The translations under genes and the position numbers were made by a program. Positions 37,995-46,231 of a stretch of DNA of 64,000 nt are shown here, one piece after another. Source of the stretch: Candidatus Bipolaricaulota bacterium (GTDB lineage: Bacteria > Bipolaricaulota > Bipolaricaulia > UBA7950 > UBA9294); contig JBFMGK010000027.1 of NCBI GenBank assembly GCA_040752575.1, forward strand, positions 24,016 to 88,015, read 5' to 3'. Every line of letters starts with the position of its first letter. Position 1 is the first letter of the stretch. Below the pieces are notes generated by a model that worked only from the letters and a program-made list of their open reading frames with translations, was not told the DNA's origin and ran no database searches.

Positions 37995-38248
37995 TTGAGG
38001 AGCCGGCCTCGCGCGGAGTCCACGAACGAGCAGCTGAATGGACTCCACGCCGAGGCGTCTGCCCGTCCGGCCTTGGCGATCGACTCGGTAGGGCAGGTCC
38101 GAACGTCTGGTTCGGGCTGGGTGACGGCCCGCAGCGGGAACGCATCGTCGATTCGTCCATGTGGTCTGGGATGGCGGCGTACACGCGGGACACGATAGTG
38201 GCTGCGAACTACCCGAGGGGGAAGATCGGCGCGCCCGATCGCGCGAAC

Positions 38249-38695
38249 CTACGCCGGCGCGTTGCGGAGCGTGGCGGCTCGACGCACGATGCGCAGCAGA
38301 AGACCGGACTCGAAAGCGTCCGCCAGCGTTCCCATGTCGTGCGAGTCGCGCAGGACGAGGGCTGCAACGAGTCGGGCCAGCTGCTCGGGAGTTGCTCGTG
38401 CTAGGGCTTCTTCGTCGCCGACCAGTGCCTGGGCCTCCGGGGTCCTACTCCAGGCGGCGGCGTCGAAAGCCGGCGTCACCCATCCTATGGCGCGGAGGGC
38501 ATCGACGAAGGCCTCGGCACCGTCCGAGAGCACGAACTCTGGACCGACGAGGCCCTGGTGGGGCATCGGCCGCGCGGGGATCCACGTCCCGAAGCGAAAC
38601 GTCGGATCTTCGAACGTTGCCTCGAACTGCGCCAGGCATTCCATGTGCTCGCGCAAGTCGGGGCTCCGCGGATCGAGGTTCGTCGTCGTACACAT
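38249..38695 (-). CDS. DUF6508-like hypothetical protein
   Basis: GWV...FD...W, L...V..D....G.L..AFESGLL..I; start uncertain. Confidence 0.55.
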   Translation of the reverse strand: MCTTTNLDPRSPDLREHMECLAQFEATFEDPTFRFGTWIPARPMPHQGLVGPEFVLSDGAEAFVDALRAIGWVTPAFDAAAWSRTPEAQALVGDEEALARATPEQLARLVAALVLRDSHDMGTLADAFESGLLLRIVRRAATLRNAPA

Positions 38696-38775
38696 GCCAG
38701 AGCATCGTAGAACAACAGAAAGCGATGCGTCAACCTGAGGGGATTCGACGGTCGTGCGCTTCGGTCGATGCAGGT

Positions 38776-39795
38776 TCAGACTGCGAGGCGCGTGGGCGCG
38801 GGCTCGGCCGCGGGCCGGAGTTCCTTCTCGTACTCGATCACCTGGCGCAGGATGCGCATCCCCACGGCCTCGTAGAACCGCAGATCGCGGGTGAGCTGCT
38901 CCGAGCGCATGTCGAGCTCGACGCGGCGGCAACCCCGCGCGTGGAGTTCGCGGAACGCGTGACGCACGAGAGCGGCTCCGACGCCCCGGCCGCGCCATGC
39001 CGGTCGAACTCCAAGGTCGTCGACCGTCCCCTGGACGGCGTCGCGCGAGGTCTCCGCGCGGCACAGGCAGTAGCCGACGACCTCTTTGCCCTGAAGGGCG
39101 ACAAACCAAAGCGACGGGTCGAATTGCACGCCCTGCTCGTCGATCATGCGACGATAGGCGTCCACGACCTCGGCCCGGGGGCGGCGGGTGTGCCGAGGCT
39201 GATCGCGCCAGACGTCGCGGTAGGCGTCGACGAGGGCATCGAGGTCGCGTCGCGGCTTGGCGGTGCGCACCCTGACGCCGTCAGGGAACCTGGCGACGGG
39301 CGGCACGACGAGATCGACCCCCATACGGTTCTGCGTGGCGACAATCGAGAACCCTGCACGCGTGAGGGCGGCTCGACGCGCCTCGTCCCGCGCCGGGGCC
39401 GTCGTCCTCGCGACCACGCGGCCGTCCGCGGAAGCCGCCGTGGCCAAGCCGCGGAGCCTCTGGAGACCCCAAGCGCAAAGCTGGTCCCACAGCGACTCGC
39501 TTCGCTGGTGCTTGGGGTGGACGGCTTCGGTCAGGCCGAAAGCCGACTTCGAACCCTCGCCGGTCTCGACGCGTGCGACGGCGGCGAGCTCGCGTTTCTC
39601 ATCGAGGATGAGGAGCGAGTTCTCATCGACTCGGAAGCGCGGGCTCTGCCACCATGCATCGACGTCGCGCCGAGAGGTGGGTTCGTCGCCGAACATCATC
39701 CGCGAGCGTGCGTTGAAGAGGCCGAGGATGCGTTCTGCATCGGCAGGCTGTGCCGGCCTGGCCATCCAGCCTTCCGGCAGGTGCAGGTTGTACAC
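38776..39795 (-). CDS. tandem-domain GNAT acetyltransferase
   Basis: LGVRPAWRGRGVG, FYEAVGM. Confidence 0.85.
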   Translation of the reverse strand: MYNLHLPEGWMARPAQPADAERILGLFNARSRMMFGDEPTSRRDVDAWWQSPRFRVDENSLLILDEKRELAAVARVETGEGSKSAFGLTEAVHPKHQRSESLWDQLCAWGLQRLRGLATAASADGRVVARTTAPARDEARRAALTRAGFSIVATQNRMGVDLVVPPVARFPDGVRVRTAKPRRDLDALVDAYRDVWRDQPRHTRRPRAEVVDAYRRMIDEQGVQFDPSLWFVALQGKEVVGYCLCRAETSRDAVQGTVDDLGVRPAWRGRGVGAALVRHAFRELHARGCRRVELDMRSEQLTRDLRFYEAVGMRILRQVIEYEKELRPAAEPAPTRLAV

Positions 39796-39898
39796 GTTTC
39801 CTCCTCGCCAACTTCCCAGCCCTCGAGACAGTGTAGCGTGCCGGAGAGCCGCAGGCGAACAACGTGTTGCGACGCGGCCGCGCGTCCGAACCCGACGG

Positions 39899-40795
39899 CT
39901 ATGCGAGGATCCACAAGAGAAGGCTCGTGAGGCCCACGGCGCCGAGGGTCGTCAAGAGGATGACCGAAGCGGTGAGCTCGGGACGCCGGCCGAACTGCCG
40001 GGACAGGATCAGGGCGTTGACCGCCGTCGGCGTACTGGCTTCGAGGATCAGCACGGCCCTCAGGAGACCGTCGTAGCCGAGGGCCGTCGCCGCCGCCCAC
40101 GCGAGGACCGGCGGAACGGCCAGTTTCGCGAGCGAGATCGGAGCGGCGAGTCGGAGGACGCCGCGCTCGCGCTCTCCGGCGAGTGACATGCCAAGGAGCA
40201 GTAGCTGCAAAGGGATCGCGGCGTCGGCGACAAAGTCGATCGGACGCGCGACGTAGGTCGGGACGCGCAGCCCGGTGAAGCGCACCGCGCCGGCCAGAAC
40301 AAGGGCGTAGAGCCATGGCACGGCGAAAACGGTCCGGGCCAACGCTCGCCCCGTCATCCCCTTCCGCCAGCTCGCATAGGGCACGCCGACGGCAATCTGG
40401 AACGCCTGATGGGCCACCGAATAGACGACGCCGAGCGCGAATCCTACCTCGCCAAACGCGAACAACAGCACCGGCAGACCGTAGTTTCCGCAATTGCAGA
40501 ACGAGAAAGAGAGCGTGGCCGCGGCACGGGTGTCGGCGTCCCAGCGCGCCGCCCGCCCGGCGAGGACGGCCAACAAGAAGAGAACGCCGTGCACGATGCC
40601 GACAAACACCGCGATGTCGAGGAAGGCTGCCTCGGAAATGGCGGGATTCTGGATCGACTGAAAGATGAGCGCCGGGACGAGGAGATAGAAGGAGAGCTGC
40701 GTCAGTGGCTGCGGATCGATCTTCGCGAATCGAGTCAGCGTGAAGCCGATAGCGGCAACCAGCACGACCGGGACCACGACATCGAGCAGGAACAC
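39899..40795 (-). CDS. AEC family transporter
   Basis: N.GNYGLP..LFAFG, PTAVN; about 10 TM segments. Confidence 0.9.
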   Translation of the reverse strand: MFLLDVVVPVVLVAAIGFTLTRFAKIDPQPLTQLSFYLLVPALIFQSIQNPAISEAAFLDIAVFVGIVHGVLFLLAVLAGRAARWDADTRAAATLSFSFCNCGNYGLPVLLFAFGEVGFALGVVYSVAHQAFQIAVGVPYASWRKGMTGRALARTVFAVPWLYALVLAGAVRFTGLRVPTYVARPIDFVADAAIPLQLLLLGMSLAGERERGVLRLAAPISLAKLAVPPVLAWAAATALGYDGLLRAVLILEASTPTAVNALILSRQFGRRPELTASVILLTTLGAVGLTSLLLWILA

Positions 40796-40863
40796 AGGAT
40801 CCCCCCCATGCCAAGGCTACCGCGATCCGGGGTGACCGCGCAACGCCCGGCGCGGGACGCCTG

Positions 40864-41898
40864 TCAGCCTACTGAAGGTCGGAGTTCGCGCGTCGCGAGA
40901 TCGATCCCGGGCCGCAGGATCTTCTCGTACGAGAACGCTTGGCGCGCGGCGCGCATTCCGGCGCGTTCATACACGCGCAGGGCGCCGGTGAGGTTCTGGG
41001 AGTCCATGTCGAGTTCGACCGTCGCGTACTCGCGCCGGCGGAACTCGGCGAACGTGTGCCGGAGCAGGGCGAGGGCGATGCCGCGCTTCCGCCACGCGGG
41101 TCGGACGCCCAGCGCGTCGACGTACCCACGCGTCTTGTCGTCGACGACGCGGTCCTGGCACAGAGAGATGCCGACGATCTCGCGCCCGTCGACAGCGAGA
41201 AACCACAGCGAGGCGTCCGGGGAGTTGCCTGGACGCGACAGGTCTTCGCGCCACTCGCGCAACGCCTCGTCGAATGGCCGTTCGATGAACCCCCAGTGGT
41301 CGCGCCAGGTCTCGGACTGCATGCGTACGATATCCGGGAGGTCGGCGTCGATGTCGGCGGTGCGGACTTCAACCCCGGCCGGCCATTCAGGAGGCGGCGT
41401 CGGCGACGAGAGGTCGATCCGCATGCGATTCGCGACACGCACGAGGCGGAAGCCCAAACGTTCGGCCGATGAGCGCCTCGCCGGATCGGCAGCGCTCATC
41501 TGCGTGACGGCGGCGACGCGGATCCCCTCGGCAGCTCGAGGCACCCACGCGGCAACCCGGCGCAAAGCCCAGCTGTGAAGCCAGTCCCAGAGCGGGGCGC
41601 GATCCTCGTAGAGCGGGTGCACGGTCGCCGAGCAGCTGATCTCGGCGTACGGTTCCCCTACATCGTTTGCCGAAGCGATGCCGGCTATGCGGCCGGCGTC
41701 GTCCACGACGAAGCGCAGGTCGGAAGCGAGGTTCATTCGCGGTCCGCCCCACCAGGCGCGGATGTCGTCGATCGTCAACTGGTCTTCGCCGAACAGCTTT
41801 CGCGAACGCGCGTTGAGCATCTCGGCCACCTGTTGCACGTCTTCCCATTGTGCAGCGCGGTCGATCCAGCCGTCGGGCCAGGGGGTCGTCATCGTCAT
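40864..41898 (-). CDS. tandem-domain GNAT acetyltransferase (paralog of 38776-39795)
   Basis: LGVRPAWRKRGIA, DSQNLTGALRVYERAGM. Confidence 0.85.
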   Translation of the reverse strand: MTMTTPWPDGWIDRAAQWEDVQQVAEMLNARSRKLFGEDQLTIDDIRAWWGGPRMNLASDLRFVVDDAGRIAGIASANDVGEPYAEISCSATVHPLYEDRAPLWDWLHSWALRRVAAWVPRAAEGIRVAAVTQMSAADPARRSSAERLGFRLVRVANRMRIDLSSPTPPPEWPAGVEVRTADIDADLPDIVRMQSETWRDHWGFIERPFDEALREWREDLSRPGNSPDASLWFLAVDGREIVGISLCQDRVVDDKTRGYVDALGVRPAWRKRGIALALLRHTFAEFRRREYATVELDMDSQNLTGALRVYERAGMRAARQAFSYEKILRPGIDLATRELRPSVG

Positions 41899-42060
41899 GG
41901 CATCAAGAGTGTACAACCAGCGTTTCTCGTTCGTTGCTCGGCAGCGCGTGCCCAGAGACGCCGCGCTTCCGGAACGGCGGGGTGAGAGGAGATTGCATAA
42001 CAACACACTGTTCTGTAAACTGGCCCCGTGCTCACAAGGATCCGCGAAGGGAGGTGGGCG

Positions 42061-42996
42061 ATGATCCAGATCGGTTCCGTACAAGCTGACATTCGGTTTG
42101 AGTCCGGGTCGCTCGAACGCCTGTTCGCCGATCCTGCGTCCGTCCTCGCAGATGCCGAGACGTTCTGGGAGCGCGAGGAACCGATGCGCTGCGCGAGGGG
42201 ATGGCACACTGCGGTCGGCGTGCCGGTCGACCTCGAGCGCTTCCGCGCTGCGATCTGGCCCATTGCCTCGATGAGCCCGGCCGAACGCGAGAGCCACCCG
42301 GCCCTTCTGATGACCCGACGGGTCATGGCGGAGGAGGCGCGCTTTCTTGCAGAGGGCTTGCCGCATCTCTGCGCGCTGTTGCCCGCGAATCCCGCGACGC
42401 TCAACATCCGCGTCCTGTTCGCGGGCGGCCTGAGGACGAATGCCTTTGCCCACGAGCAGGTTGTCGTCAATTCGACCTCGGCGTTCTGGCATTCGGCGGG
42501 CCTTTCGATTCCGGAGCGCGCGTCGTGGGTGCTGAACCTCTTGGTCCACGAGTGCTGGCACGCCGGGTACTGCGAGAATCAACCCTATTGGACCGATCGG
42601 CGCGAGGAGAGCGGCCTGCTTTGGCGACTGCTCGTGAACCTTCAGAACGAGGGAACGGCGACCTATGCCAACTACACTGCGCGGCGTGTGTTCCCGGCCC
42701 CCGCTGACCAGGACTTCCGGATGCTCGACGATCCTGCGGAGATCGCGGGCAAGATCCGGATGACGAACACCATTCTCGCGCGGCGAGAGGATCTCGACGA
42801 GGCGGCCCTACGGGATCTCGTGTGGACTGAGGGCGTCCTCGGACGGGCGTTCTACGTGGCGGGTGCGCACATGGCGAGGACGATCGACGAGCGGCTCGGG
42901 CGAAAGGCGCTCACCGACACCGTGGCTGCCGGCCCGATGTCGTTTGCGAGGGCATACAATGGGGCTGCCGAGGCCGCCCTGAGGCTTGAAGTCTAG
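42061..42996 (+). CDS. putative Zn-dependent protease (DUF5700-like)
   Basis: HECWH (HExxH), downstream NEGTA, FYVAG..M. Confidence 0.7.
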   Translation: MIQIGSVQADIRFESGSLERLFADPASVLADAETFWEREEPMRCARGWHTAVGVPVDLERFRAAIWPIASMSPAERESHPALLMTRRVMAEEARFLAEGLPHLCALLPANPATLNIRVLFAGGLRTNAFAHEQVVVNSTSAFWHSAGLSIPERASWVLNLLVHECWHAGYCENQPYWTDRREESGLLWRLLVNLQNEGTATYANYTARRVFPAPADQDFRMLDDPAEIAGKIRMTNTILARREDLDEAALRDLVWTEGVLGRAFYVAGAHMARTIDERLGRKALTDTVAAGPMSFARAYNGAAEAALRLEV

Positions 42997-43093
42997 GCAA
43001 GCCGCGCGTGCGGCCGCGCAGCGGTGAACCTCGGAGTTGTATGGCGCTACACAACGGGCAGCGGGACTCCATCGGACCGCCGTGCAAGGAGAC

Positions 43094-44440
43094 ATGATGG
43101 GTCGCGAGACGTGGAAGGGAATGGGAACGTTCACGGCCATCTGGGCCGGCCAATTGCTGTCGCTCCTGGGTACCGGGATGACGCAGTTCGCGATGACCAT
43201 CTGGGCATGGCAGAAGACCGGGCAGGCAACGGCCCTTGCGCTGGTCGGCGTCTGCGCCTTCACGCCGGTGATCCTCGTGAGCCCGTTGGCGGGCGTCATC
43301 GTCGACCGAACGAGCCGGAAGCTGCTGATGATCCTTGCGGACGTGGCGGCGGGATTGGGCACGCTCGTCGTGCTTTGCCTCTACCTCGCCGATGCTTTGG
43401 AGATTTGGCACCTGTACATCATCGTCGCGGCAATCGGAACCTTCGGCGCGTTCCAGTTCCCCGCGTATTCGTCGACGATCAGCGTGCTGGTTGACAAGTC
43501 GCAGTACGCCCGCGCCAGCGGGATGATGTCGCTCGCCGGGTCGATCTCCGGCGTGTTCGCCCCCATTGCTGCGGGAATCCTGCTTGGGCCGATCGGGGTT
43601 TCCGGGATCCTCGGCGTCGATCTCGCGACGATGACGACGGCGGTGGTCATCCTCCTTTTCGCACGCATCCCGCGCCCCGCGGTCTCGGCCGAAGGCGCAA
43701 AGGGCCGCGGCAGTCTGTTCCGCGAGGCTTCCTACGGATTCAAGTACATCCTTGCGCGCCATGGGCTGCTCGGACTGCTGGGGATGTTCTTCCTATTCAA
43801 TGTCATGACCAGCTTCGGGTTCAGCGTCCTCGCCCCGATGATCCTTGCGCGAACGGGGAACGACAGCCTCATCTTGGGCAGTGCGCAGTCGGCAGCCGGG
43901 ATCGGTGGCGTCGTGGGCGGGGTCTTGCTGAGTCTCTGGGGCGGTCCGAAACGGCGCGTACACGGCGTCTTGCTGGGCTGCGCCTTTGGCGGGCTCGTCG
44001 GCCTCGCGGGGGCCGGCGTGAGCCGATCTCTGCCGGCCTGGGCTACGACGATGTTCCTGATGGCGATGGTCTTCCCAACCGTCAATGCGTCGAGCCAATC
44101 GATCTGGCAGTCGAAGGTCCCGCCGGACCTTCAGGGTCGCGTGTTCTCGGTCCGTCTGATGCTCGCGCAGTTCGGCACGCCGATGGCGATGCTGCTCGCC
44201 GGCCCGCTGGCCGATCGCGTGTTCGAGCCCGGAATGAGAGCGGGCGGTGCGCTCGCGGGGGTGTTCGGTCCCCTGGTGGGCACTGGGCCGGGCGCCGGGA
44301 TGGCGCTGATGCTGGTGTTCGGCGGCGTCCTGTCGATGGTCGCTGCGCTGAGTGGGTACGCCTATCGTCCTGTGCGCAGCGTCGAAACTGCGCTTCCGGA
44401 TCATGATCAGGCGGCGCCGGTTCCGGACGCGGCGCCCTGA
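43094..44440 (+). CDS. MFS transporter (macrolide-efflux-like)
   Basis: GQLLSLLG, AGVIVDRTSRK, QGRVFS; about 12 TM segments. Confidence 0.9.
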   Translation: MMGRETWKGMGTFTAIWAGQLLSLLGTGMTQFAMTIWAWQKTGQATALALVGVCAFTPVILVSPLAGVIVDRTSRKLLMILADVAAGLGTLVVLCLYLADALEIWHLYIIVAAIGTFGAFQFPAYSSTISVLVDKSQYARASGMMSLAGSISGVFAPIAAGILLGPIGVSGILGVDLATMTTAVVILLFARIPRPAVSAEGAKGRGSLFREASYGFKYILARHGLLGLLGMFFLFNVMTSFGFSVLAPMILARTGNDSLILGSAQSAAGIGGVVGGVLLSLWGGPKRRVHGVLLGCAFGGLVGLAGAGVSRSLPAWATTMFLMAMVFPTVNASSQSIWQSKVPPDLQGRVFSVRLMLAQFGTPMAMLLAGPLADRVFEPGMRAGGALAGVFGPLVGTGPGAGMALMLVFGGVLSMVAALSGYAYRPVRSVETALPDHDQAAPVPDAAP

Positions 44441-44447
44441 GCGCCGC

Positions 44448-44936
44448 CTAGCGGCGGGGCAACTTGCCGCGCAACGCGCGCTCGACGCATGCCGGCACGA
44501 AGCTCGCGACGCTGCCCCCGTACGAGGCGACTTCCTTCACCATCGACGACGCAAGGAAGCTGTATTTCCCTGCGGTCATGAAGAAGACGCTCTCGAACTC
44601 CGGCGCCAAGTCTCGATTGGCGAGCGCCATCTGGAACTCATACTCGAAGTCGGAGTTGGCGCGCAGCCCGCGCACGATGGCATCCGCTGCGTGGGTTCGC
44701 GCGCACTCGACGAGGAGGCCGTCGTAGCTGATCACCGCGATGCCGGCAATCCCCTCTTCTTCCAGAGCCTCTCGCGTGAGCTGAACACGCTCGTCGAGCG
44801 TGAAGAACGAGGTTTTCTGGGGGTTGGCGACGACAGCGATGAGGAGCCGGTCGAACAGCTTCTTCGCTCGACGCGCGATGTCGATGTGACCGAACGTGAT
44901 CGGGTCGAAGCTGCCGGGGTAGATGGCCGTCGCCAT
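44448..44936 (-). CDS. coaD: pantetheine-phosphate adenylyltransferase
   Basis: YPGSFDPITFGH, RGLR..SDFEYE, SSMVKE. Confidence 0.97.
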   Translation of the reverse strand: MATAIYPGSFDPITFGHIDIARRAKKLFDRLLIAVVANPQKTSFFTLDERVQLTREALEEEGIAGIAVISYDGLLVECARTHAADAIVRGLRANSDFEYEFQMALANRDLAPEFESVFFMTAGKYSFLASSMVKEVASYGGSVASFVPACVERALRGKLPRR

Positions 44937-44977
44937 GATGCGGCGATCGTACCGATCTCGGAGAAGTCCAGCAAGAC

Positions 44978-46231
44978 CTACGCCTCCGGCCCCACGGTCG
45001 TGAGGTTCGTGCCGTCCGGTTGGTCGTACCGCGAGACGGCTGCGGCGACGCTGTCACCGCCCACGGCATCGTAGATGGCGAGCACCCGATCGGGCGAAAG
45101 GATCTCGCGATCGGCGAGCGTTGCGGCGCCGAGCCGCATGGCGCGGTGGGCGTTCGACTCCAGGCCCAGGATGAACGAGCCGCGAATCCGCGACTTCGCG
45201 AGCGCGACCTCCTCTTCGGCAATAGGCTCGGAGCGGAGGCGGTCGAACTCGGCGAGCAGGATCTTCACGACGGCATCCGTCGTCTCGGGGGCCACCCCTG
45301 CGTATGCGAGCCAGAGGCCGGCATCGGCGAACCGACTGACCGTGCTGTGGACGGAGTACGCCAGGCCGCGCTCTTCGCGGACTGCCGTGAACAGGCGCGA
45401 GCTGGTTCCGTCGCCGAGCACGGCGTTGGCCACGTCGAGCGCGTACTTCTCGGGGTCAACGTGGAGCGGACCAGGCAGCCCGAGGTAGATGTGGGTTTGC
45501 CCCGTCGGCTGGGCATGGTGCACTCGCGCGGGCCGGAAGACCGGCGGGCATCGGTGCGGCCTGCGCCGTTCCTCGGGGCCAAAGCCCTTGAGACGGCGAT
45601 CGACGTCCTCGACGAGGGTTTCCGTGTCGAGTGCGCCTGCGGCCGCGATCACCAGATTGGCCGGGCGATAGAACCGCTCATGGAAGGCGACGACATCGCG
45701 GCGCGAGACCCGCTCCATGGAGATTCTGGATCCAAGGACGGGGCGCGACAGCGGATGCTGGTCGGCCCACAGTCCCCCCATGAAGCGGTCAAATGCCGTC
45801 TGCTCAGGGTCGTCCTCGTAGCCGCGGATCTCCTCGAGCACGACGTTGCGTTCGAGTTCGATTTTGTCGGGCGCAAGGAGGGGGTGAAAGACGAGATCGA
45901 GGAGGAGGTCGACGGCCTTCGCGAGGCCGTCCGCGGGGACATCGGCGTAGTAGCAGGTTGCTTCCTTGCTTGTCGCGGCGTCGAGGAAGCCTCCGACGGC
46001 GTCGATCTCCTGAGACACGCGCAACGCACTGCGGGTCGTGGTCCCCTTGAAGGCGAGGTGTTCGAGGAAGTGGGCCAGCCCCTCCGCGCCGTCGGGATCG
46101 TCGCGGGAGCCTGCCTCAACCCAGACGCCGATACTCACCGAGCGCGACTGCGGAACCTCTTCCGCGAGGATCCGCAGTCCGCTCGGGAGCTCGACTCGGG
46201 TTGTGCCCTCGTACAGCGGCTCGACTACCAC
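44978..46231 (-). CDS. M16 family (pitrilysin-like) metallopeptidase
   Basis: HFLEH inverted Zn motif, SSRLF..VREERGLAY; usual position downstream of pnp. Confidence 0.93.
   Translation of the reverse strand: MVVEPLYEGTTRVELPSGLRILAEEVPQSRSVSIGVWVEAGSRDDPDGAEGLAHFLEHLAFKGTTTRSALRVSQEIDAVGGFLDAATSKEATCYYADVPADGLAKAVDLLLDLVFHPLLAPDKIELERNVVLEEIRGYEDDPEQTAFDRFMGGLWADQHPLSRPVLGSRISMERVSRRDVVAFHERFYRPANLVIAAAGALDTETLVEDVDRRLKGFGPEERRRPHRCPPVFRPARVHHAQPTGQTHIYLGLPGPLHVDPEKYALDVANAVLGDGTSSRLFTAVREERGLAYSVHSTVSRFADAGLWLAYAGVAPETTDAVVKILLAEFDRLRSEPIAEEEVALAKSRIRGSFILGLESNAHRAMRLGAATLADREILSPDRVLAIYDAVGGDSVAAAVSRYDQPDGTNLTTVGPEA

Noticed and set aside
7686..44440. Classical integron
   Set aside because: No IntI tyrosine recombinase; hairpins lack RYYYAAC/GTTRRRY ends; cargo genes lie on both strands.
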